Of a DNA stretch of 64,000 nucleotides, positions 27,870 through 43,090 are shown piece by piece. Origin of the DNA: Eledone cirrhosa. Taxonomy: Eukaryota. The notes beneath the pieces were generated by a model. The model had not been told where the DNA came from. It ran no database searches and was given only the letters and a program-made list of their open reading frames with translations. Position numbers and translations under genes: made by a program. Numbering within the stretch: position 1 is the stretch's first letter; every line of letters begins with the position of its first letter. Location of the stretch: assembly GCA_964016885.1 (NCBI GenBank), contig OZ024758.1, forward strand, positions 11,780,001-11,844,000, written 5' to 3'.

Positions 27870-28160
27870 ATACATGCTTATATACATACATGCGCACATA
27901 TTTATATGTACGTATAGGTTTACCGAACATTTATTATAATGTTCGGTTTGTTTGTATACGATGCTGACGATAGCTAATAAGCTTGAAACTAGTACATCGT
28001 TCCTGTGTCAGTGTTGAACAAAAAGGCGACGATGGTTGCCTGAACACTGTACGGCGTAATTCGGGCTGTTTGTTTGTTTACAAACAAACCGAACATTATA
28101 ATAAATGTTCGGTAAACCCATACGTACATATATATATATGTGCATGTATGTATATATATA
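27870..28160 (+). mobile_element. HHR-bearing fold-back element, family G
   Basis: Arms at about 27880-27956 and 28079-28155 (gtttaccgaacatttattataatgttcggtttgtttgta and its reverse complement) enclose an HHR. Confidence 0.7.
27958..28000 (+). ncRNA. Minimal type I hammerhead ribozyme
   Basis: Reads ACGATG-CTGACGA-t-AGCT-aata-AGCT-t-GAA-ACTAGT-A-CATCGT. Stem I is 6 bp, stem III is palindromic, the triplet is GUA, and the closing pair of stem II is a U-U mismatch. Confidence 0.75.
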
Positions 28161-28282
28161 CATACTACTGTACGTCTGTATACATATATGTATGTACGTA
28201 TACATACATACTTACATTTATATATCTATATCTATATATAACCCCCTCTCTTTCTCTCTCTCTCTGTATATATATATATATA

Positions 28283-28582
28283 TGTAGAAGTTATATTTAA
28301 TTTGATGGGATACAACAAGCAAATATTTTTATAACTGATATAAAGCACTCAACAAATTATTGGAGTAAAGAGTAAAGAGTAAATAGACCAATAATAAAAT
28401 TAGTAACCCCACTATCCAGGAGCTTCCAACCGACATGGTCGCATTCTTTAAGGGTATGTCAATATTTGTTTATAAAACTGATCTATATTATATTTTATCT
28501 GATGAAAGCGCACCATAATTTGCTTTGGTGTCTTTGAAATATGTATAATGAAATAAATATGGTTTTATAAATATAGTTTCCA
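28283..28582 (+). mobile_element. HHR element, family A (antisense tail joined to sense body)
   Basis: The HHR at 28491-28555 reads TATTTTAT-CTGATGA-aagcgcacca...tggtgtcttt-GAAA-TATGTATA-ATGAAATA. Homologous to 6848 and 56658. Confidence 0.75.
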
Positions 28583-28710
28583 TATATATATATTGTATAT
28601 ATATATATATATATATATATTGTATATATATATATATATATATATATTGTATATATATATATATATATATATATTGTATATATATATATATATATTGTAT
28701 ATATATATAT

Positions 28711-28778
<68 letters not shown>

Positions 28779-28944
28779 TATATATATATATATATATATT
28801 GTATATATATATATATATATATATTGTATATATATATATATATATATATTGTATATATATATATATATATTGTATATATATATATATATATTGTATATAT
28901 ATATATATTGTATATATATATATATATTGTATATATATATATAT

Positions 28945-29033
<89 letters not shown>
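28583..29033. repeat. Interrupted (TA)n tract with periodic TTG, ending in (CA)n
   Basis: Read directly from the sequence. Confidence 0.95.
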
Positions 29034-29034
<1 letters not shown>

Positions 29035-29529
29035 CATCGATATTTCGAATTGTACAAGACTTAGTTATTATTTCTCCCTATTTTTGCCATATATTATTAT
29101 ATTCTGATTTTCTCAGTCTGACACCTCCTTCCACCTCTTATACAGTTATTTGCTACTACAGATTTACTTATCTTGTCTCCAATCTCAATAACCTTTGATT
29201 AAGATATATTGGTTGACCTGTCATTTTACGTGAATGTCTTCTCGCACGCAATGTTAACACAACTCTACTTGAAGCACTGCAATCCACAATGGTGTATACA
29301 GGGACTTATTTCGGCTGAGATATAAAATCAGGAGGTCTTCACCTCATCTGATCTTAACTGACACATTTTGAACCTTAAGAAACATGTGTGTCAAATTATT
29401 CCATTCCCTCCCCCCCTCTCTCTCTCTCTCTCTCTTCATCTATCTATCTATTTATCTCTTATCTATATTTTAATACTCAAGCTCTGTGTGGACCTCAACA
29501 ATGGCTACTACGACTTCCGTTATCATGAA

Positions 29530-29875
29530 GTTTGACTGGCATTTCGTCGGTTTGGACGACGAGTGTTCCAGTTGATCCGATCATCGGAACACCCTACTTG
29601 TGGAATTAAGGTGCAAGTGGCTGAGTATTTCACAGACACACGTACCCTTAACCTATTTTTCAGGAGATTCAGCGTAACACCAAATGTGACAAGGCTGGCC
29701 CTACGAATTACAAGATAATAATACTCATTTTTGCCAGCTGAGAGGATACTGGACCAACATGAAGACTCGTGGCTTAGTGGTTAATGTATTCGGCTAACAA
29801 CCGTAATATCATGTGTTCGATTCCCGGTGGCACATTATGTCAATGAAATACTTTAATTTATGTTGTCCAGTCTAC
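29530..29875. mobile_element. SINE 3' part (minus strand, second family) abutting a plus-strand SINE head
   Basis: gtgcaagtggctgagtatttcacagacacacgtacccttaac...tgtgacaaggctggccc...tttttgccagctgag, then gtggcttagtggtta...gttcgattccc. Confidence 0.7.
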
Positions 29876-29971
29876 TATAAGGAAGTAAAGTTTCCAAACA
29901 GACATTATATGGCGTAGGAACATATTGAGGGGTGGACAAATTATTGTGAACTCTCTGTATATATATATATC

Positions 29972-30203
29972 ACAGGAAACTGAGGTTATTTGGAAATACT
30001 CACGGACATCCACAGTTTACAATGCACTCAGTGCTCCTGTGGGAGCCCCTGCATGGGCACGTGGAAGATGAAGACCAAGGTTAACATATGTTGATGCCCT
30101 AAGGACAGACACTGGTCTGATGGAGACGCAGGACATGGCAGCGATAATGAGGGACAGAGACGGCTGGAGAGGACTCGTCCATCGATCTCGGGAATTTTAC
30201 CCG

Positions 30204-30207
<4 letters not shown>
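29972..30207 (+). mobile_element. RTE-related LINE 3' end
   Basis: Homologous to 13780-14010 (LWEPLHGH...RPRLTYVDALRTDTGLMETQDMAAIMRDRDGWRGLV). Confidence 0.8.
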
Positions 30208-30270
<63 letters not shown>

Positions 30271-30275
30271 TGTAT

Positions 30276-30541
30276 ATTATTAGAAATGTAAGCTATCACC
30301 GTATTTTTACTAAAGAAATTAAAGAAATTATTTAGCCTGATAGTGGGGTTAAGAACCCTCGGAGAAATGGAAAAAGATGAGTATTTACGTACATGTACGT
30401 AAATACTCATCTTTTTCCATTTCTCCGAGGGTTCTTAACCCCACTATCAGGCTAAATAATTTCTTTAATTTCTTTAGTCAAAATACGGCGATAGCTTACA
30501 TTTCTAATAATTTCAAACCAACTCGCTGTTTCGAAAATATT

Positions 30542-30545
<4 letters not shown>
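30276..30545 (+). repeat. Spacer-less palindrome (118-bp arms) plus a tail of about 34 nt, TA-flanked, family H
   Basis: Centre ...cgtaca|tgtacg... at 30393/30394. Two arm mismatches were seen and no canonical HHR was recognised. Confidence 0.85.
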
Positions 30546-30583
<38 letters not shown>

Positions 30584-30585
<2 letters not shown>

Positions 30586-30773
30586 CGAAGGAAATGTGGT
30601 AAGGAACCAGGTGGACCATAATGCACCAAAGTACTCAATACTTAGGGTAGTAGAGTGGGTAATAGGAACCAGTAAGACCCCGACGGCTGAGCTGAAGCCG
30701 TTTCGACGGCTAATTCTGGACCAGAATTAGCCGTCGAAACGGCTTGATCTCAGCCGTCGGTGTCTTACTGGTT

Positions 30774-30777
<4 letters not shown>
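30584..30777 (-). mobile_element. Fold-back element, family C
   Basis: Same ends and fold point as 11251, with GAA-ACGGCT-tgatctc-AGCCGT-C. Confidence 0.8.
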
Positions 30778-30853
<76 letters not shown>

Positions 30854-31466
30854 TAGGTGGTTTAGGAATGATAAAGTGATATCTGAACAAGTAGATGTAT
30901 AATTATAATAAATATTAGCAAATCTTTATTTTACGTCTTACATAACCAATATTAAGTATCTATCCGGATTATAAACAACAACGTAGTTGTATTTATGATT
31001 TATAACTGTAGTATTTAGTAGGACTATTGTTTTGCTATGTATATCATAACATAATAACAGTGTCAACAGAGCTGTAACTATTGATTACATGTCTATCTAT
31101 AACTATTATTACATTTAGATTTGTATATTTCATTGTATAAGATTACTACTTCTATTCTTTTTTATGTTAACATATAATACTAACAATATAACTACATTGC
31201 TCTATTGTGAAATATAATATGGATAACTTATACGAGGAACAATCAAAGGTATTCTCGTGTTTAAAACATCGTAGCGTATGTATTCAAAATATGTTAACGA
31301 TTGTCTAAGATTTACGTGTGGAAAATAATGTTTTAATTTAATTAAATTGATTGAATTATACGAAAGTTGCAACACCTATTTGTAGTTTCTGAAAGCATAT
31401 ATTTATGTATGAACAAATGAGATTATATATAAGATGGAAGATACATTTTTAAAAATGTTTAAGATT

Positions 31467-31585
31467 ATAATATATTATTTCTTATATAATATATTATTTT
31501 TAATATAATATATTAGTTCTTATAAAATATATTATTTCTTATATAATATATTATTTCTTATATAGTATATTATTTCTTATATATA
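31467..31585. repeat. AT minisatellite, unit about 21 bp
   Basis: Units of tataatatattatttctta. Confidence 0.8.
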
Positions 31586-32006
31586 GCATATCGAAAATAG
31601 CTTTAATTAAGCCAATATAGTTAAGAGACCAAGCTAAAGGAAAGTAGAGTGTACACTTATAGGTTAAATAGTGAGAAAAACGATTTCGTGTGAGTGGAGC
31701 ATTTGATTATCTGGCCCCGGACTAGAAAATATAATATATATAATATATAATATATATCTATATATGACTTAGTGGTTAAAGTGTTCGGCTTCCAATCGAG
31801 ACGTTGTATTGATTCCAGAATTAGGCGCATTGCCAACCGTAAACTTAGTTAAATGAACACCAGTATTTCATTGTACTTTATCTTATTGACAAAGATCTAC
31901 TCGAGCTTTCTTGTACGTGCAATTAATTACCACGATCTCCGTCGGTGAAATAGGTGAAATTTTATTGCTATGTGGGGAAACAATAACAATGTGTGATACA
32001 CACACA

Positions 32007-32093
<87 letters not shown>

Positions 32094-32164
32094 TGATAAA
32101 AACAGAAAAATGTGTTTAAAATTACGAGTGTTCTGTGTTATTAATTCTGCAAATATTATTATAA

Positions 32165-32238
32165 CAACATGACCCTCCCCAAGTATAACAATATTTGTTT
32201 CGATACACGATTTCATATCAAAAACCTCGCAAAACTAA
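32165..32238 (+). mobile_element. Family B 3' fragment with tail
   Basis: caacatgaccctccccaagtataacaatat...cgatttcatatcaaaaacctcgcaaaac, followed by (TA)n. Confidence 0.65.
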
Positions 32239-33595
32239 TATATATATATATATATATATATATAGTAATAATAATAATAATAAATATAGTAATAATAATA
32301 ATAATAAATTTGAAGACTAAAATCCAAAGAGGGCTCGATAAGGATTAATATATATCAAATATATAAGAACCGTAGAGCCTCGTTATACCCTAACGGATAG
32401 TACGATCTATACGTGGATATTTTACGTCTCGATGTGGGAGCTAAGTATATGTTTTCTTTATACCTTTACTTATTTGCATAGCCAGCGAACGTTTCCACGA
32501 ACCAAAGTATCGTCTTCCTGTCTTCCTCCGGTTGCAACGTTTTTTGAAATATCAAGTTCTGCGTTTACAGATTGACTTTGTTAGTTTCAGAAGATCCCGT
32601 TAAGGGTGAAAGCAGCGATTCTTTGCTTAAACTTTAATCTGTTATTTTAATATTAACTACAGTATGAGTTATTCTATAAACAATGGTGGACAATGATTTT
32701 AGGAACAATAACTTCAAACATATATTTATCCACGATTGAAATGTGTTATTAAGGTTTTAAGATTCTAGTTCAATGGTCATTGGCAAACCTATGTTTGTGA
32801 TCTTTAAAGGTGATATATATATAGTTCGACGCACTAAGTCTATTTATTCATATGTAATTATTATTTAAGAATTTATATTTGATACAAACACACTCACACG
32901 CACACACTATATATATATATATATATATATATAATGTGTGTGTGTGTATGTATATATGTGTGTGCCTGTGTCATTGAATCGGAGCGTAAACAATTGTAGT
33001 TTGGTTTCTCGATTTCATATATATATATTAATATCATATGCCCGATTTAAGTTAATCTAACCTTTATGGCTGGTATTTACGCTATTTACATTCATATTAA
33101 ATCTACGTTGATATTTTAAAGTAGATGGAATTACTCTTCTATAAATTTTTGAATAAAAATGTTTAAGTATTTTGAAACCAAACTTGTCATATGTTTCTCT
33201 GACTAAATCTGAGATGTACGTAATTCCCAGAATATATAGTTGTTTTTTTTGTAAGATGGATTTCAATATTTAGGTCTAAATATAATATAGTTTTCTTTCA
33301 GAGTTTACGTGTGAAATAAGAGATAATTGTTATTTCTACTTAAATTATTTTCAATGTGAGGGGCGATATATTTCGACATTTTCAATATAGAAACAATTAA
33401 GAGACAATAATAATTTGAAAAAAAAAAAGGGTAAACTTATAATTAGATAAAATATATGGCTTAGTGTTTCGTAAGTTTCAATTATTAATATCTTGCTTAC
33501 ATGGATATAATTATAAAGTATATTTCCCAAATATAACTTTAGTTTACTATCATGTTAAATATTTATTGATCTAGACAATGTAAACAAATCCTAAA

Positions 33596-33656
<61 letters not shown>

Positions 33657-34232
33657 TATACATACACACACCTATATATATACACGCATACACACTCATA
33701 TTAACACATACATACACACACACTCAAACACACATATATACACACATATATACATACACATATACATATATACACACATATATATATATACACACAAGTT
33801 CTCAATACAATGTACAGTATAATATTTTTGCTTTATATTCCTGAGTTTAGACTCTCTTCTTAATCCGAGATTCATGTTCACCCGGTGATCACACAACTGA
33901 AGCTGAGGTCACAAAGTACATTACATTCTGTAGACGTTAATACAATTTACGATTGATATTCATTAAAGTTACTCAATCTTAGTAATGACAGATAATGACA
34001 ACGCGATGGTCAGAAACCTTAAAATTTACACCAGAGTTCTTCAAGATATTTCTTTTATATATTCATCTGTTTTATCATAACGTTTAATCCGTGATTGCTA
34101 TCTGAATGAATCAAATACTACGATTGCTCCTTCGTCGAGATATTTTATGCTCTTTCATATAACACCCAGAACGCAAATATATTAAAATAGCAATAGATAC
34201 AAAATTATTTCATGCTTCATACCCCATTAAAC

Positions 34233-34422
34233 AATAATTGTTTTTACTTTTGGCACAAGGCCAGCAAATACCCAGTGCATTACTGGTACTTTATTTTATC
34301 GACCCCGTAAGGATGAACGGCAAAGTTAACCTCGGCGGGATTTGAACTCCTATTATAAAGGGAGGTAATTCTATGCTTCAAAGCATGGCGTCCGACCCTC
34401 TACCGATACTGCCAATCCACCC
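34233..34422 (-). mobile_element. Full-length SINE (dominant family) with TSD
   Basis: Flanked by cccattaaacaataat and cccactaaacaataat. Confidence 0.9.
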
Positions 34423-35392
34423 CACTAAACAATAATATAGATATACCTAGCCACGAATATGTGTTCCCTTTACAATGAATACTTATTTCCTTTACTGGGA
34501 AAATGTGTTTTCAGGCAACAACGTCTAGCGTATAGAACATTCAACACAAATGCCATTAAAAAATTGTACATTTTGCTACCTGTAACCTTGTCAAGAATTA
34601 AGCTACACCACACCTCTACCAAACCTGTACCACCTCAGCGAAGAATCATGTCACATTACTTTCATCAATTCTTATAGCACAACGAACACAAGAAACATCC
34701 ACTCAATAAGAATCGCTTTGCTAAAGATGGCGTCGGCAAATTGATACTACATGGGATACATCGGAAATATATTCATTCCATTGAAATCTACCGACGAATT
34801 ACACACTCAGTTAAGCATTCTAATATGCCGAAGCGTATATCTGTAGAGAGCAACATTCATAATATACATCTTCAGATGATATACATCTTCAAATGCAAAA
34901 ATTCTTCCCGGCAAATTCTCACATTGAACCTGTAAATCGGGAAATGTTGATATCATATTCAAACAGGATCCCTCTTTTTATTGATCCACAGATATAAATC
35001 TGTTTTACAATCATTGATCAAACTTTGATCTGTCCAATTTCATTCATGGAATTTCTGCTATAAATCTAACATTAAACTATGTGCAACATTATTCATGTAA
35101 ACCTTGTATCTATTTAGCAATGTATTCAAGGAATCATCGTAATATATATTTTCTGCATTTAATCAGTTATGCATAGTGACAATCTATAGCAAATTAGAGC
35201 TGTATATTATGCAACACGGACAGACGCATATACAAGTGAGCGATCAGGTAAATATGTCTCTGTGAGGGCATGTGTATATATGGATACATATCTGTGTGCA
35301 TGTGTGTATAAATATGCGTGTATGTATGTATATATGAACACGTGTACGTATATATGTATGTATGTATGATGAAAAATATATAACTGATGATA

Positions 35393-35432
35393 GAAGAAGA
35401 AGAAGAAGAAGAAGAAGAAGAAGAAGAAGAAG

Positions 35433-35463
<31 letters not shown>
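35393..35463. repeat. (GAA)n microsatellite
   Basis: Read directly. It explains the poly-E, poly-S and poly-L ORFs. Confidence 0.95.
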
Positions 35464-35800
35464 TGGTGTGTCATTAAATATAATACATATTTCGGATGAG
35501 GTTAGACATGGTGACATTCAACTGACTAGCTATAGAATTTTTGTTATTGATATGACAGTATTAAGACGCCTACTTATTTCGTGAAATAGACAGAACTAAT
35601 GAGACGGCATCTTATATGTCTGATATATTTCAATAATAGACGAACGTTTAATTTCGAACAAATATGACATTATATTCTGAAATCGAGTATCAATCGCAAA
35701 TAAGAGATCACTTGGTGGAGAAGTTCTATGTACTTTACAAGCTCATTAAATTCTGTATTTAATACACGTTATATTGTGGTTTGAAATTATACTAAAGAAG

Positions 35801-38668
<2,868 letters not shown>

Positions 38669-38923
38669 TCACAGAAACAAGAGAATCAGTGTTGCGACGA
38701 ATGGAATTTATTTTATTGGACATATTAAAAATGTTTCTCATGCGACCAGCTCGAGGCACGATCGATAAGTTGATCATACTTGACTCTGAAATCTCTCAGT
38801 CATCGGATACGTCTCCATTCTACGAAGCAGATTTTCCTATAGTCCTTTAACCTGGTTAAAGAACTATAGGAAATATGTCCAATAAATTCCTTTCGTCGCA
38901 ACACTGATTCTCTTTTTTCTGTG

Positions 38924-38924
<1 letters not shown>
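38669..38924 (-). mobile_element. Fold-back element, family E, with variant HHR-like motif (38719-38813)
   Basis: Inverted ends tcacagaaacaagagaatcagtgttgcgacg and cgtcgcaacactgattctcttttttctgtga. Minus strand reads GACGTAT-CCGATGA...GAAAC-attttta-ATATGTC. Confidence 0.7.
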
Positions 38925-38954
<30 letters not shown>

Positions 38955-39786
38955 AACATGTAATAATGAATTTAAATACGGTAAAGCTAAAATCTACATT
39001 AGACCTTCTACCTCAAGTGAACAGATTACATTGTCTTCATGAATCATAACTTCATAGATCAACACCTCACAATTTACTGTCTGAATTCCTATGGCTAGCC
39101 GTGTAAAATATAAAAAAAAACATGATTTAAAATAGTAAATTAACCGATTATTTTTTTTTTTTTCGTTGGGAGTGAAATAGCTATTAACAATTTTCACTTA
39201 GGTTCTTATTGGATAGAAGAAGGAAGTGGCAGTTATTGAGAACTACACTATTTTGGCCTGTGTGATTTTCTGTTAGAACCTGCATAAGAATCTGCTATCG
39301 GATATAGTTGAAGTTTTCTTGTGTATAAGAAAAAACACGTCTGAATGAACCACAGGTTTTTATATACTTCGCCTGACTTTAAGGAAATGGAAAACATTTA
39401 TCTTCATTATCTACCGGCAAGAATTTGAAAATAGAACTCCGTTTGAAAATATTACGTGGCAGAGATATTATAATATAATTTTATATAAATGTTTGTTAAA
39501 TAAACCGATCACGATATGGGTTTTGGTTTTAAAATGGTAAATAAACTATATAATATATCTGCTATAATGGTATAACGCTATATCTGATTAAGTAGAATTT
39601 CGGTTCGCTTAACATGTTTATTTCATTAGTTTGGGAGAAGCCATTCTAATTTCAGAATATTTCATATATCAAGGATCAAAGATGCAAATAAACATTAGAA
39701 GTTGCAGAATCCTTATTCCCTTCAAGTGTAGAATGAAATACTGCTTGGAGTCAGTTTTAAATTCAATATTTCGTGTCTGGATATAG

Positions 39787-39824
<38 letters not shown>

Positions 39825-39828
39825 ATAT

Positions 39829-39900
39829 GCAGTGGCGGACTGGGTCTAAATATATTGGTTGCCAGGAGATGGAGGGGGCCCATCTACTTATAGAATGCTA
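39829..39900 (+). mobile_element. hAT-like DNA transposon terminus fragment
   Basis: Starts CAGTGGCGGACTGG and has a subterminal GGGGGCCC. No matching far end was found. Confidence 0.4.
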
Positions 39901-42175
39901 TCATTTAATTTTTATAATGAATAAATAACATTTTCGAAAAATACATAAGTGGAAATAACACAGTTCAATCAGGTTTTTGCGGAAACATAACTTCTCCAAT
40001 AAAAATATTACGTATTTTGCGAAATCCAGAGTCTTTCAATAATGACCAGAAGTCGACCTTAAATATTACTAATAGCTCTAGGAAAGCCATGAGCGACACC
40101 ACATATTTTTACCTTTGATTTTGAAAGTAGGTTTATAATTAGCAATTTTCATCATACTTTTGTAGCTGTCTCGGTGTCCTAGTTGGAGGAATCATAGACG
40201 GTGGTGAACCTGGCCTAAAGTTCGATCCTGGTCCGGAGTAGGGTTCCCGGTAAACCTTTTCAGTTTTTTTTTCTATTGGTTGTAAAATTAAAACTGAAAA
40301 AGGTTACATGTACATCCTGACCAGCATTGAAAACAAGGCTAGGATCCCCACCGTATCTAGTAACTACCGCTAGGTCACAGAGACAACTACGAAAAATCTT
40401 ATGAAAATTCATACCTATAAACGTACTTTCAAAATGTTCAAAACAAAGTGCTGTGGTGTCATTCATGTCTTTCTTAATGTTATTGCTCCTACTTAAGGTC
40501 GACTTCTAAATCCTTTGGGTATTCTATAAACTACATCCTCGTTTTGTTTCTCATCTATCTAGACTATATTTTAACCTGTAATCCATGTTTCGTTTCTATC
40601 GCATCTATTGTTATATATAGGTGTTTTGCCTGCATCCTCATCTGTTCTGTGCATCAGCTATTACTATTTCTTGTTCCTCGATTGCAAAAGCATATCCTTC
40701 AAAATGAGAACCAATATACCGTTTTTTGTCCGTGATATACTAATTTGCTTATCTGTATTACTCTGAATTATAAATTTGGGCAACAAAGTCGTATATAATG
40801 TTTTGTTAGTAAACATGTAGCTTTGTATCTATGGATTCTTCTAACTGTAATATTTCTTGCAATTTCTGTGGGTTTGAGAAACGCAAAAGAAAATATTTTG
40901 AATTTGGAGAAGTTTTATATTCTCTTGATTACGTACATAGCGGCCACGTTACTTAATATACTGCTCAGATAAGAACATTTAAATCGATAACTAGCATATT
41001 GTTGGTTTACGTTTCCTATCTACAATCCTGCTGCAAGGTGTAGTTGGTAGGTTTTTATGTAAACCTAGCATTTCCAATATTGTCACATATAATATGATAG
41101 ATAGATCAATTCATAGAATATATTCAGTTTTGATATGGAAACTTCTAGTAAATATAAAGGTTATTCTCCAAATTTCATAGATTCACTTTTCGTCTTCCAA
41201 GGCCAAACCATATATGTTGTTTGCTTTCAATTTTAACCGTGCATTGTTAAGATATTCAGGAAGAGCTATGATTAATGTTTCCTTACATTTTTTCCCCAGA
41301 TTAAATACGATAAAAAAGATATATAAAAATATATAGATAAATACGATATGCATCATTGACCATTCAAGTATAATGATGTGTTGAAATGTATGACGTTAGA
41401 TTTTGTAATACACACACACTATTCTCTTATGCACTTTCTTCTGTTTTTGTGGAACACCGTCTTCCCTTGATACATGTTGTGGGCGGCATATTCCGTTTAT
41501 TCGTTTTAAGATCCAACCAGAAAATAAGATACACAAAGAGTTATCATTATGTTTTTATTTTACCATGGCTCTTTGATAACTAGAGAAGATTTCTGACATT
41601 TCGTTGGCATCAGAAGCAACAAGCATTGCATAATTTGCTTCCTAGAAATTCACCAATATTATTTTTTTAGGGAAATCTTTACTAATCAACAAAATCTATA
41701 TTCCGAATCGAATCATATATTCTTTGAGACCGTATCAAGTTATATCTAAATAGGAATCTACAAATAACAACTCAACAAATTCCATATCCATCAAAACTGC
41801 AGTTGCAAGGCTTTATCTGTTGGGATTATACTGGAACAAACATTCAGAGCAAAATTGAAATGATTTACAGGTTGTAAATTATATCGGGCTGGATTTTGTT
41901 TGTTTGTTGTAGCGTAGTTCAATATATAAGCGGGCGTATGAAAGGAGCCAATCTTACAGGCATACACTCACATAAATTCGTATGCACACGATCAGAAAAA
42001 ATAAAAACTACATTACCTTCTGAAGAATAAGAATGTCAATCATAAATGCATGTGATTATGGGGGTTTTTAAACACACACACCTTTCTCTCTCTATATATA
42101 TATATACATACATACATACATACATACATACATACATACATACATACATACATACATACATACATACATACATAC

Positions 42176-42784
42176 ATGGTGGCTGCCAACTCGTTTTCGA
42201 GTACGGCCACTACTTTATATCCATGTAGGAGAACCCCTACCGATGCGCTGAACGAGTGTGAGTTTTTAGTCCAGCCAGCGATTTGAAAACTCTGGTACAA
42301 ACACTACACTTTTGACAATTATTGACACATAGTGCTGGGCCCATGGTACCATCTGACGACAAGTGCAGAGAGATCTCCAGATATAAAGCAATGCCTGTGC
42401 CGTGAAACTTTTATAGTGAGCAAAGGCACTGCACAAAGCCAGTCCCATTCTCTTAACCAAGATGATATGTACCAAAAAGAAGAACAAGTCAACATCATTG
42501 GATACCATAAGGGTTGCAGGTGTTATATCAGAGTTTTCCTTCTCCTAGAATTCTGCCTTGACAAAGGCTAAGGGGTCATCTCTCCCAGTGATTTTGGATG
42601 GCCATTGACTCTTAAGAGCTCCTTTGCCCTTTGACAGGTTTTGTTTTTAGTCCTGCAGGATGTCCAAAGTCACCCTCCTCACCAAGAAACCTTGGTGGGG
42701 TTGCCAGTTTAGTCGCCAACGACCCGACCATAAGACAGGTTGTACTGGGATACATGTTACCAGTAGCACCAACTGGTGACCTGA
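42176..42784 (-). mobile_element. Internally deleted (bipartite) RTE-type LINE inside an (ATGT)n tract
   Basis: A 5'UTR-like segment (ggcagaattctaggagaaggaaaactctg) is joined to a C-terminal C2H2 motif CSVCTRVFKSLAGLKTHTRSAHR* (42237-42310), a short 3' end and an (ATGT)n tail. Confidence 0.7.
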
Positions 42785-42810
42785 CATACATACATACATA
42801 CATACATACA

Positions 42811-42847
<37 letters not shown>

Positions 42848-42849
<2 letters not shown>

Positions 42850-43090
42850 CGTTTCTGAATTTGTTTAGCAAGATTCTTATATATTAGAAAGCGAGATTTT
42901 TTTACAAAATGAAAAATAACCGAGGTGTCCTACACGAGTGAAAGAGTAAAGAAAAAAAAATGAAATCTAAAATGCAACTGGAGTCTTATTTAAAAGAAAA
43001 AATATATATTTATTTGGCTCCTTTACCGGTTTCGCAGTTCTTCTGCTTTTCAAAAGTAGAGTTGAGATGGGGCGTCTGTGATCTTTCTCA
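42848..43090 (-). mobile_element. Family B tail fragment plus a family D single arm, both in TA
   Basis: tttcgtttctgaatttgtttagcaagattct, then TA, then tagaaagcgagatt...taccggtttcgcagttcttc. Confidence 0.7.

Noticed and set aside
29925-29960. Tc1-like terminus gaggggtggacaaattattgtgaactctctgTA
   Set aside because: It is too short and has no partner TIR.
32482-32525. Minus-strand gGAAGAcga...tcgtgGAAACGTTC HHR-like remnant
   Set aside because: CUGA and stem I are missing, so it is too decayed to call, although the TA-adjacent context fits.
35194-35584. Poly-E, poly-S and poly-L ORFs
   Set aside because: They come from a pure (GAA)n tract with no coding context.
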